From Akkermansia muciniphila ATCC BAA-835 (lineage in GTDB: Bacteria > Verrucomicrobiota > Verrucomicrobiia > Verrucomicrobiales > Akkermansiaceae): a stretch of DNA of 32,000 bases. Shown one piece after another: positions 7,083 to 15,358 of this stretch; within the stretch, counting starts at the first letter, position 1; the number at the start of each line of letters is the position of its first letter. The notes below the pieces were generated by a model. It was not told the DNA's origin. It saw only the letters and a list, made by a program, of their open reading frames with translations, and did no database searches. The translations under genes were made by a program, and so were the position numbers. The DNA lies in contig NC_010655.1 in assembly GCF_000020225.1 (NCBI RefSeq), forward strand, positions 930,001 to 962,000. Direction: 5' to 3'.

Positions 7083-10000
7083 ATGAGTGATCAGACAACC
7101 GTAACTTACAGCACGATTGACGCTAACGAAGCCGTAGCCTCCGTAGCCTATCGTTTTTCTGAAGTCATTGCCATTTACCCCATTACACCATCTTCTCCGA
7201 TGGGTGAATCAGCTGAAAGCTGGGCCGCTGTCAACAGGAAGAACCTGTGGGGCACCGTTCCCTCCGTAGTGGAAATGCAGAGTGAAGGCGGCGCGGCAGG
7301 CACCGTTCACGGCGCCCTCCAGACCGGAGCGCTTGCAACTACGTTCACCGCATCCCAGGGGCTCCTGCTGATGATCCCGAACATGTTCAAAATCGCAGGG
7401 GAACTGACTCCCGCCGTGTTCCACGTAGCCGCCCGGTCCCTGGCTTACCAGGCCCTTTCCATTTTTGGCGACCACAGCGACGTGATGAGCGCCCGCTCCT
7501 GCGGATGGGCCATGCTGTGCGGCTCCTCCACTCAGGAAGCTGCGGACTTCGCCGCTATTTCCCACGCCGCTACACTGGAATCCCGCATTCCTTTCATCAA
7601 TTTCTTTGACGGGTTCCGCACGTCCCACGAAATCGGCAAGATTGCAGACATCACGGACGATACCCTGAACGGCATGATTAAGCAGGAATGGCTGGATTCC
7701 TTCCGGGAACGAGCCCTGACCCCTGATGCTCCCGTTCTGCGCGGCACTGCCCAGAACCCGGACGTTTACTTCCAAGGACGTGAAACGGTCAACCGTTTCT
7801 ATGAAGCCACTCCGGCTATTGTCCAGAACGCCATGGACAAATTCGCGGAACTTACCGGCCGTTCCTACCATCTGGTGGATTACACCGGCGCTCCGGACGC
7901 CGAACGCGTCATTATCCTGATGGGATCCGGCGCTGAAGCTGTGGAAGAAACGGTAGAAGCCATGATGACCCGGGAAAACGCCAAGGTAGGCGTGCTGAAG
8001 GTGCGCCTGTTCCGCCCATTCCCCGCCGCCGAACTCGTCAAGGCCCTCCCCGCTACGGTCAGGAAAATCGCCGTGCTGGACCGCACCAAGGAACCCGGCT
8101 CCCAGGGAGAACCGCTCCACCAGGACATCATCCAGGCCCTCTTCGACGCCCAGGCCAACGGCACGCTGCCCTTCACCAACGGCATGCCCAAGGTGGTAGG
8201 CGGACGCTACGGCCTCTCCTCCAAGGAATTCACCCCCGCCATGGTCAAGGGCGTCTATGACAACCTGGCTCTGGACACTCCCAAGAATCACTTCACCATC
8301 GGCATCAACGACGACGTACTGGGCACCAGCCTCCCGTATGATGAAGATTATTCCACGGAAGCGGACGACGTGACGCGGGCCATGTTCTTCGGCCTCGGTT
8401 CCGATGGCACCGTAGGCGCCAATAAGGACGCCATCAAGATCATCGGCCAGCATACGAACCTGTATGTGCAGGGCTACTTCGTGTATGACTCCAAGAAATC
8501 GGGTTCCTCCACCATTTCCCACCTGCGCTTCGGTCCCCGTCCGATCAAATCCACATACCTGATCACCAAGGCAAACTTCCTGGCCCTGCACCAGCCTTCC
8601 CTGCTGGATCTGTTCGACTTCCTGAAGAATGCCGCCAACGGCGCCACTTTCCTGATGAACAGCCCGCACCCGGCGGACAAGCTCTGGGACACGCTGCCCG
8701 CCCGCATGCAGCAGCAGATTCTGGACAAGAACATCAAGCTCTACACGATTGACGCTTTTGCCGTGGCCCGCAAAACGGGCATGGGCGGCCGCATCAATAT
8801 GATCATGCAGACCTGCTTCTTCAAGCTGGCCAGCGTGATTCCCGCGGATGAAGCCATCGGCTACATCAAGAAGGCCATTGCCAAAACCTACGCCAAGAAG
8901 GGCCAGGAAGTGGTGGACAAAAACATCGCCGCCGTGGACGCCACGCTGGAAAACCTGCACCAGGTGGACACAACCGGAAAAACTGTAAACGGACACGCCA
9001 TCCCGCCCGCCATGTCCCCGGACGCTCCGGACTACGTACAAAACGTCCTTGGCAAGATGATGTGCGGTGAAGGCGACAGCATCCCGGTCAGCCAAATGCC
9101 CGTGGACGGCACATTCCCGAACGGAACGTCCCAGTACGAAAAGCGCAATCTGGCCCTGGATCTGCCGGAATGGGATCCGACCCTCTGCATCCAGTGCGGC
9201 AAGTGTACCGCCGTCTGCCCGCATGCGGTTATCCGCAGCAAATTCTTCTCTCCTGACGCTCTTGCAAACGCTCCGGAAGGGTTTGAATGCCTGGATGCCA
9301 AGCATCCGGACTGGAAGGGAGAGAAATTCGTCATCCAGATTTCCCCGAACGACTGTACGGGCTGTACGCTCTGCGCGGACGTCTGCCCGGCCAAGAGCAA
9401 GACGGATCCGACGCACAAGGCCCTGACCATGGTCCCGGCCGGGAAGATTCACGACAAGGAAGAAGCCAATTGGAATTTCTTCCTGAGCCTTCCGGACGTG
9501 GACCGCACCAAGGTAAGAACGGACAACATCCGCTCCATGCAGGTGCTGCGCCCGCTGTTCGAATTCTCCGGCGCCTGTGCCGGCTGCGGTGAAACTCCGT
9601 ATGTAAAAATGCTCTCCCAGCTCTTCGGCAACCGCCTGGTGGTCGCCAATGCTACGGGCTGCTCCTCCATTTACGGCGGCAACCTGCCCACTACCCCGTG
9701 GTCCCATGACTCTGAAGGGCGCGGCCCCGCCTGGGCCAACTCCCTGTTTGAAGACAACGCCGAATTCGGCCTTGGCTTCCGCGTCTCCCTGGACAAGCAG
9801 ATGGAACACGCCATTGAGCTTCTTCATGAAGCTGCCGGCGCCGTGGGCCAGGAACTGGTGGACCGGATACTGGCTAATCCGCAGAAGGATGAAGCAGACA
9901 TCGCCCAGCAGCGTGAAAACATTGAAGAACTCAAGAAGAAAATCGCCGGCAAGCCGGAATACGCGCGCCTCCTGACCCTTGCGGATAAACTTGTCCGCAA

Positions 10001-10661
10001 GAGCGTGTGGATTCTGGGCGGCGACGGCTGGGCCTACGACATCGGCTACGGCGGCCTGGACCACATTCTGGCTAGCGGCCGGAACGTGAAGGTACTGGTC
10101 ATGGATACGGAAGTATACTCCAACACCGGCGGCCAGTGCTCCAAATCCACCCCGCGCGCCGCAGTAGCCAAATTCGCCACGAACGGCAAACCCGGCGTGA
10201 AGAAGGATCTGGGCCTCATGGCCATGACTTACGGCAACGTGTACGTGGCCTCCGTCGCTCTCGGCGCCAAGGACGAACACACGCTGAAAGCCTTTGTGGA
10301 AGCGGAAGCCTATGACGGCCCGGCTCTCATCATCGCCTACTCCCACTGCATCTCCCACGGCATCAATATGGCCAAGGGCCTGCAGCAGCAGAAGGCATGG
10401 GTGGATTCCGGCCGAGTCCTGCTTTACCGCTATAATCCGGACCTGGCCCGCCAGGGCAAGAATCCGCTGATTGTGGAAGGCAAGGGCCCGAAGGGCGATC
10501 TGCGCGATGTGCTGCTCAGCGAAAACCGCTTCAAACTTCTGGCGAAGACCAATAAGGAAGGATTCGAAAAACTCCTTGAAGAAGCCCAGAAGGATGTCTG
10601 GCACCGCTGGAACCTGTACCAAAGCATTGCCGGCATGGGTGCCGACAAACCTGCGGAATAA
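7083..10661 (+). CDS. nifJ: pyruvate:ferredoxin (flavodoxin) oxidoreductase, single-polypeptide PFOR
   Basis: The 1192-aa protein has an N-terminus of DANEAVASVAYRFSEVIAIYPITPSSPMGE. Two 4Fe-4S ferredoxin motifs are present (CIQCGKCTAVCP and CTGCTLCADVCP). The TPP-binding region reads GGDGWAYDIGYGGLDH. Confidence 0.97.
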   Translation: MSDQTTVTYSTIDANEAVASVAYRFSEVIAIYPITPSSPMGESAESWAAVNRKNLWGTVPSVVEMQSEGGAAGTVHGALQTGALATTFTASQGLLLMIPNMFKIAGELTPAVFHVAARSLAYQALSIFGDHSDVMSARSCGWAMLCGSSTQEAADFAAISHAATLESRIPFINFFDGFRTSHEIGKIADITDDTLNGMIKQEWLDSFRERALTPDAPVLRGTAQNPDVYFQGRETVNRFYEATPAIVQNAMDKFAELTGRSYHLVDYTGAPDAERVIILMGSGAEAVEETVEAMMTRENAKVGVLKVRLFRPFPAAELVKALPATVRKIAVLDRTKEPGSQGEPLHQDIIQALFDAQANGTLPFTNGMPKVVGGRYGLSSKEFTPAMVKGVYDNLALDTPKNHFTIGINDDVLGTSLPYDEDYSTEADDVTRAMFFGLGSDGTVGANKDAIKIIGQHTNLYVQGYFVYDSKKSGSSTISHLRFGPRPIKSTYLITKANFLALHQPSLLDLFDFLKNAANGATFLMNSPHPADKLWDTLPARMQQQILDKNIKLYTIDAFAVARKTGMGGRINMIMQTCFFKLASVIPADEAIGYIKKAIAKTYAKKGQEVVDKNIAAVDATLENLHQVDTTGKTVNGHAIPPAMSPDAPDYVQNVLGKMMCGEGDSIPVSQMPVDGTFPNGTSQYEKRNLALDLPEWDPTLCIQCGKCTAVCPHAVIRSKFFSPDALANAPEGFECLDAKHPDWKGEKFVIQISPNDCTGCTLCADVCPAKSKTDPTHKALTMVPAGKIHDKEEANWNFFLSLPDVDRTKVRTDNIRSMQVLRPLFEFSGACAGCGETPYVKMLSQLFGNRLVVANATGCSSIYGGNLPTTPWSHDSEGRGPAWANSLFEDNAEFGLGFRVSLDKQMEHAIELLHEAAGAVGQELVDRILANPQKDEADIAQQRENIEELKKKIAGKPEYARLLTLADKLVRKSVWILGGDGWAYDIGYGGLDHILASGRNVKVLVMDTEVYSNTGGQCSKSTPRAAVAKFATNGKPGVKKDLGLMAMTYGNVYVASVALGAKDEHTLKAFVEAEAYDGPALIIAYSHCISHGINMAKGLQQQKAWVDSGRVLLYRYNPDLARQGKNPLIVEGKGPKGDLRDVLLSENRFKLLAKTNKEGFEKLLEEAQKDVWHRWNLYQSIAGMGADKPAE

Positions 10662-10682
10662 GGTATAGGCCGCTTAATTTCA

Positions 10683-10719
10683 ACGCCCCTGTCCGGCTTA
10701 TCCGGCAGGGGCGTTTTTT
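10683..10719 (+). terminator. rho-independent terminator of nifJ
   Basis: The stem pairs acgcccctg (10683-10691) with caggggcgt (10706-10714), plus an inner ccgg/ccgg pairing. A T6 run follows at 10714-10719, 22 nt after the stop codon. Confidence 0.75.
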
Positions 10720-11127
10720 ACTGCCGGGTATTCATGAAAAACAAACCATGAATATTTCGGGGAGGGGACTGCTTTTCCGCCCCGCCATACAGCCACGCAA
10801 GCAGGCTTCCCGCGCCAGTACTTTCCCTTCCTGAAAGCCGGAGAATTCATCCTTCCCCCGCAGCACAAAAAAGGGCGCACACCTTGCTGCAAGGCCGGGT
10901 TTTAATATATCACCTTATACGGGTTAATTTCCGCATGGAGGTTTTGAAGTCCTTCAATGGAACCGCAGCCTTTGCGGCCAGCCATGTCCAAGACAAAGAG
11001 GGGCATTTCATGCGGCCAGGGTAATACTGTTTCCTCACACCTTCCTCCCCAGAGGAGCGCGGCCCGTTTTCCTGCGGACCGCGCCGGTGGAAAAACCGGA
11101 AAAAGACTTTAAAACAGGGATGCTGCT

Positions 11128-11565
11128 TCAAGATTCCCGAAAATGGTGCACACCGGAGGAGGAATATACCATTCCGGATGCCGTATCCGGGAAGTGCACC
11201 ACATCAGGCGTCAGGCGAGTGCCCACATCCAGATAGATCAGTTTCTCCGTAGCGGATCCGTTGCGAATAACATGCGCTCCCTCCGGGCTGGCGGGGAATG
11301 CAATCGCATCCCCCTCTTTTAAATTCTTTTCACCCTCAGGCGTACGCACAACGGCATGGCCCCTGATGATGTAAAATACCTCTTCATTCACTTCATGATA
11401 ATGGTAGCCATAGGCGTACCGCCCCGGCTCCACTTCCACGAAACTGGCCGCACATTTTCCGGCATCCGCTTCCCGAATGACGGGCTTTACCGCAAAGGAA
11501 TTACCCTCCCGGCTGATAACCTGAGGCTCCGTCTCCCTGTAATTGGCAATGATGATCTTGTTCAT
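11128..11565 (-). CDS. cupin-domain protein
   Basis: A cupin_2-like core is present: GYHYHEVNEEVFYIIRGHAVVRTPEGEKNLKEGDAIAFPASPEGAHVIRN. The gene is divergent from the HxlR regulator gene. Confidence 0.8.
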   Translation of the reverse strand: MNKIIIANYRETEPQVISREGNSFAVKPVIREADAGKCAASFVEVEPGRYAYGYHYHEVNEEVFYIIRGHAVVRTPEGEKNLKEGDAIAFPASPEGAHVIRNGSATEKLIYLDVGTRLTPDVVHFPDTASGMVYSSSGVHHFRES

Positions 11566-11580
11566 GGCATTATCTGTTCA

Positions 11581-11601
11581 TGCTTGCCGTAACGGCAGGC
11601 A
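11581..11601. promoter_or_regulatory. imperfect palindrome; candidate operator in the cupin/HxlR divergent region
   Basis: tgcttgccg-taa-cggcaggca matches in 8 of 9 arm positions. It lies 16 nt upstream of the cupin ATG and about 90 nt upstream of the hxlR-type gene. Confidence 0.3.
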
Positions 11602-11689
11602 CTTATTAAAATAGGCGGCAACATTCTTTTTGTAAAGTAGGCAGAAAATAGTACCCTAGATTCCTGAAAGAAACTATTGCTTAAAATAA

Positions 11690-12010
11690 ATGACTTACTA
11701 TAATTCATCATGCCCTGTTGAAACTACTCTCCAACTGATTTCCTCCCGCTGGAAAGTGCTCATCCTCCGCGATCTGCTCGAAGGCACCCGGCGGTTTGGA
11801 GAACTCCGCAAATCCATTGGGCCTGTGACGCAGAAAGTTCTGACCGCGAACCTGCGTTCTATGGAAAAGGACGGCCTGCTTACGCGAAAGGTGTATGCGG
11901 AAGTACCTCCGCGCGTGGAATATACTCTTACGGAACTGGGGCGCAGTCTGCGCCCCGTCCTGGCCTCCATGGCGGAATGGGGATCGAAATACCAAAGAGA
12001 AAACCGCTGA
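11690..12010 (+). CDS. HxlR-family winged-helix transcriptional regulator
   Basis: The sequence CPVETTLQLISSRWKVLILRDLLEGTRRFGELRKSIGPVTQKVLTANLRSMEKDGLLTRKVYAEVPPRVEYTLTELG is a textbook HxlR/MarR-like domain. The size of 106 aa also fits. Confidence 0.9.
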   Translation: MTYYNSSCPVETTLQLISSRWKVLILRDLLEGTRRFGELRKSIGPVTQKVLTANLRSMEKDGLLTRKVYAEVPPRVEYTLTELGRSLRPVLASMAEWGSKYQRENR

Positions 12011-12019
12011 TCCTCCCCC

Positions 12020-12050
12020 CTTTCCGGAGCTTAACCGAACCTCCGGAAAG
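12020..12050. terminator. strong hairpin between convergent genes; possible terminator without a U-tract
   Basis: A perfect 10-bp stem pairs ctttccggag (12020-12029) with ctccggaaag (12041-12050) around an 11-nt loop. It sits between the hxlR-type stop (12010) and the glycosidase stop (12092). Neither strand has a clear T run. Confidence 0.35.
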
Positions 12051-12091
12051 ACATGGAAATACAGCGGTTTCCCTTTTTCCCGCAAGAAAGG

Positions 12092-14230
12092 TCAGCGGGA
12101 AATTTCCGTCGTTTTACGGATAATTTCGCGGGCTTTCCACACGTCTTCCTCATGGGAATCCCCGCGGCTTTTTTCCACGGTAAAGAGCTTGGAAAGCTCT
12201 TCATCCATGCGGGCTACGGCAGCTTTCGCCTTAGGATTTTTTGCGGCGCGGGCGCGCAGGATATTGACCTTTTCAAATTCCTCCAGTCCGTCCCGGAGTT
12301 TTTCAAACCGCAGGGAACTGAGATTGCCGGGATAAACAAGGTAGCAGTCTCCCGCGGGCCAGTTCCCGAAATCCGTCTTTTCAAACGGATTGCGGTTCCA
12401 GGAATTATAAGCCCATCTCAAAAAGCCGTCCAAATGATTGGCGGCGGCAAAGAGGGGAAGCCATTCCGCCTCCGCCAGCGGAGAAATAGTGAAGGTGTTG
12501 GGCTTTTTGGGATGGACACAGACATAGAACGTCGTCTTTTTTCCCTCCTTTTTGCGCTGCGCCAGCAGATCGCCCGTGACCGTGCCTGCATGGTCAATTA
12601 CAGGAGAGACGTCATAAACGTCCCGGGTCATGGCCGTAGGCCGATTGACGGCGGAAACGATTTTGAATTCCGGGGCATACTTGTCCAGTACATTCTTGGC
12701 CGCCCTGACCATAGCGTCCGGCCGTTCATCCAGCCCGATGCAGGTTTTGCCCAGCCAGCCCTTGCTCTTGACGTGCTTGCGAAAATCCGTCAGGAAAGGC
12801 CCCCAGATAGCTTCATAGGAGGGATCGTTCGGCTTAAGATCCAGAAATTTGTACTTTCCGGTCGCCTCATCCAAATAACGGATTTTCATGTTCCAGGGAA
12901 TCATGGTATAGCAGGATATCTGCCCCTTGACGCCCACCTCGTTCATCATGAAGGAAACCCACTTGTCAAAATTGGCGTAATTCCAGCGCATGGTTCCGTT
13001 TTTGCCCTTGACCCATTCAATCATGGGCGGGAACCAGTCATAAGTCTGGGCATTCCAGGCTTCATCAATCAGGGAGCATGTAATGGCCTTTTGCCCGGCA
13101 TCCGCCAGCCTTTTCATCACCGGCTTCATCAGTGCGAAATGCTCCGGAGACCACGGTTCCACATCATGCCAGCGGGCCACGGCCTGCGGATGCTGCCACA
13201 AGTCCAGATGAACTTGCCAATGCGCGGGAGCAGGGAGGGATTCCGGCGCCACCTCCAGAATTACCGGCACACTGACGGGAGAGCCGCTTTCTGCGGAAAC
13301 TACCACTTTTCCTTTGTACACGCCGGGTTTGGCAGACGGGGGGATATTGACCTCCACCCATACCGGACGCACGCCTCCGGCTTGCAAATCGCAGCTGTTT
13401 TCGCTGCCGATGATATCTGAAATCAGCCTGTTGCCCCCCCTGGTGTAGCGTATCATGGCAGTCCGGACAGGGATAATCTGTCCGGCAGCGTTTTTTACCC
13501 CGGCGCAGGAGGCCGATAACTGGGGCTGCGCCTGGGAAGACCAGACGGCAATCTGCCCGCCGGCGCGTTCGCCTCTCCAGCCGGACAGACGCACGGCATC
13601 CTGAAGCATTTCCTGCCCGGGAGCGCCATTGTAAGGAATACGGTCATAATCCTTCACCGCTGCAGCCTGCAGGCTCAGGGCGGCATCGGGTCCGTACCCT
13701 TTGATTTCCACCAGATGCCCCCCCTTCTCATTGCCGGCACTATTGCCCAAAAAAGTGATTTTAACGTAACGGACCGTCTGCGGATTGAATTTGAAGGGAA
13801 CGCCTTCCGGAGTGGCGGCAATACTGTTGGAAGACTGATCCGCCAACATTTTCCAGTTCTTTCCGTCTTCGGAACCTTCTATTTTATATTTGTAAATGCG
13901 CCCCCCCTCCCAATAGGGCCATACATGCAGGGAGGAAAGCGTCCGGGGCTTTCCCATATCTATCTGGAGCCAGACGGGAATGCCCTCGCAACCCCAGTAT
14001 TTGCCGGCGTTATTCGTCTGCCCGTCCACGGCCAGTTCCGGACGGTCACTGCCGTAATGACCGGAAGCGGTTACTTTGGCTCCGGCAAATAAATTACCTG
14101 CATCACCCGGAGTTCCTACGGAAACAAGGGCGGGTTCATACAGGGGATGCCTCTCCAGGGACTGGGCTTGGACAAAAGACGTTAAGGCAATAGCGGAACA
14201 CAGAGGAAAAAAAAGACAGCGCATACGCAT
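12092..14230 (-). CDS. secreted glycoside hydrolase with an F5/8 type C (discoidin/CBM32-like) domain and a DUF4091/GH123-like catalytic region
   Basis: The ORF is open to 14260, and the ATG at 14230 gives the signal peptide MRMRCLFFPLCSAIALTSFVQAQS. A discoidin-like segment follows (VDGQTNNAGKYWGCEGIPVWLQIDMGKPRTLSSLHVWPYWEGGRIYKYKIEGSEDGKNW). The C-terminal half (IGLDERP with an adjacent Asp-Glu pair, FLRWAYNSW) resembles GH123 beta-N-acetylgalactosaminidases. The family call is from memory. Confidence 0.7.
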   Translation of the reverse strand: MRMRCLFFPLCSAIALTSFVQAQSLERHPLYEPALVSVGTPGDAGNLFAGAKVTASGHYGSDRPELAVDGQTNNAGKYWGCEGIPVWLQIDMGKPRTLSSLHVWPYWEGGRIYKYKIEGSEDGKNWKMLADQSSNSIAATPEGVPFKFNPQTVRYVKITFLGNSAGNEKGGHLVEIKGYGPDAALSLQAAAVKDYDRIPYNGAPGQEMLQDAVRLSGWRGERAGGQIAVWSSQAQPQLSASCAGVKNAAGQIIPVRTAMIRYTRGGNRLISDIIGSENSCDLQAGGVRPVWVEVNIPPSAKPGVYKGKVVVSAESGSPVSVPVILEVAPESLPAPAHWQVHLDLWQHPQAVARWHDVEPWSPEHFALMKPVMKRLADAGQKAITCSLIDEAWNAQTYDWFPPMIEWVKGKNGTMRWNYANFDKWVSFMMNEVGVKGQISCYTMIPWNMKIRYLDEATGKYKFLDLKPNDPSYEAIWGPFLTDFRKHVKSKGWLGKTCIGLDERPDAMVRAAKNVLDKYAPEFKIVSAVNRPTAMTRDVYDVSPVIDHAGTVTGDLLAQRKKEGKKTTFYVCVHPKKPNTFTISPLAEAEWLPLFAAANHLDGFLRWAYNSWNRNPFEKTDFGNWPAGDCYLVYPGNLSSLRFEKLRDGLEEFEKVNILRARAAKNPKAKAAVARMDEELSKLFTVEKSRGDSHEEDVWKAREIIRKTTEISR

Positions 14231-14277
14231 ATTACGCACCGGAATTTCATTTTCTCTCAAAAGAAAAGCTGTTTCCG

Positions 14278-15045
14278 CTATTCCGCCAAAGGACGCACGG
14301 GTATTCCTCTGGAAGCAAAGTAAGCCTTGGCTTCCGGCACCGTGTATTCCCCAAAATGGAAAATGGAAGCCGCCAGCACGGCATCCGCCTTCCCTTCCAC
14401 CAGCACGTCCACCATGTGATCCAAATTACCCGCACCCCCGCTGGCGATTACCGGAATGCGCACCGCACTGCTTACGGCGCGGGTCAATTCAATATCATAA
14501 CCCGTTTTGGCTCCGTCCGCATCCATGCTGGTCAACAAGATTTCCCCGGCTCCGCGGCGTTCCGCCTCCACAGCCCATTCCACGGCATCCAGCCCCACGA
14601 ATTTCCGGCCTCCATGGGTGGAAACGCCCCACTTGCCGGAAGCCTGGCGCTTGGCGTCAATAGCGACGACGATGCACTGGCTGCCAAAAGCCACCGCACC
14701 TTCATTAATCAGCTCCGGCCTATTGATGGCCGCCGTATTCAGGGAAACCTTGTCCGCACCCGCCAGAAGCATTTCGCGCATGTCCTTTACGGAACGGATG
14801 CCGCCGCCTACCGTCAGCGGCATGAAGCAGCATGCCGCCGTGCGGCGCACCACGTCCGCCATGGTGGCACGGCCATCGGAAGAAGCGGTAATATCCAGAA
14901 AAACAAGTTCATCCGCCTGCTGGGCATCATACGCCCTGGCACATTCTACAGGATCCCCGGCATCTCTCAGATTAATGAAATTGGTCCCCTTGACGACCCT
15001 GCCGTCCGTTACGTCCAGACACGGAATGATTCTTTTAGCCAGCAC
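14278..15045 (-). CDS. hisF: imidazole glycerol phosphate synthase, cyclase subunit
   Basis: [45 protein letters not shown] and [13 protein letters not shown] give full-length HisF at 255 aa. Confidence 0.95.
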   Translation of the reverse strand: MLAKRIIPCLDVTDGRVVKGTNFINLRDAGDPVECARAYDAQQADELVFLDITASSDGRATMADVVRRTAACCFMPLTVGGGIRSVKDMREMLLAGADKVSLNTAAINRPELINEGAVAFGSQCIVVAIDAKRQASGKWGVSTHGGRKFVGLDAVEWAVEAERRGAGEILLTSMDADGAKTGYDIELTRAVSSAVRIPVIASGGAGNLDHMVDVLVEGKADAVLAASIFHFGEYTVPEAKAYFASRGIPVRPLAE

Positions 15046-15358
15046 GGCCCTATCAAGCCATCACCGCCGCCAAAGGAAAAGCCTAAAATACGGCTTGCCG
15101 CGGGATGCCTTTTGATAAACATGTTCCCTTTTTGACCAAGGCCCTCTTCGGCAGCGCTTCCATCCCGCATATCCACGGTAAGAGAAATTTACTGAAATTC
15201 ATCAATATCACTATTCCACTCACTTTCCGGCCGGCCCTGCCCCGCCATGAAGAAACGCAGTGCGGCATCTGCCCCTTTCCCGCCCGCATGCATAAAACGG
15301 CCTAAGAGCTTTTCTTTCCATGTCCAGGTGGTAGAGTCCGCATAAGGCATTTCCATTC

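Noticed and set aside
7209-10622. A 1137-codon stop-free ORF antisense to nifJ, the longest ORF in the window after nifJ and hrpA.
   Set aside because: Its codons are exactly aligned with the nifJ codons (10620-7083 = 3 x 1179). The open frame therefore only means nifJ uses no TTA, CTA or TCA codons over 1137 codons, which is codon bias in a highly expressed gene. The translation is low-complexity (Gly/Val/Ala/His/Phe-rich) with no recognisable domain, whereas the sense frame is an unmistakable PFOR.
10698-11131. Track ORFs 10698-10892 and 10910-11131 as genes downstream of the cupin.
   Set aside because: The second ORF has only a TTG start, and both translations are Cys/Arg/Phe/Lys-rich without domain features. 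The region is reported as an unassigned spacer instead.
12053-13420. Long antisense ORFs over the glycosidase (12053-13420), hisF (14356-15135), hrpA (18281-19702, 20687-21589), htrA (22685-23581) and trkH (15302-16243).
   Set aside because: All lie opposite genes with strong family signatures. All give Arg/Gly/His/Pro-rich, low-complexity translations typical of antisense frames in GC-biased genes, with no independent evidence.
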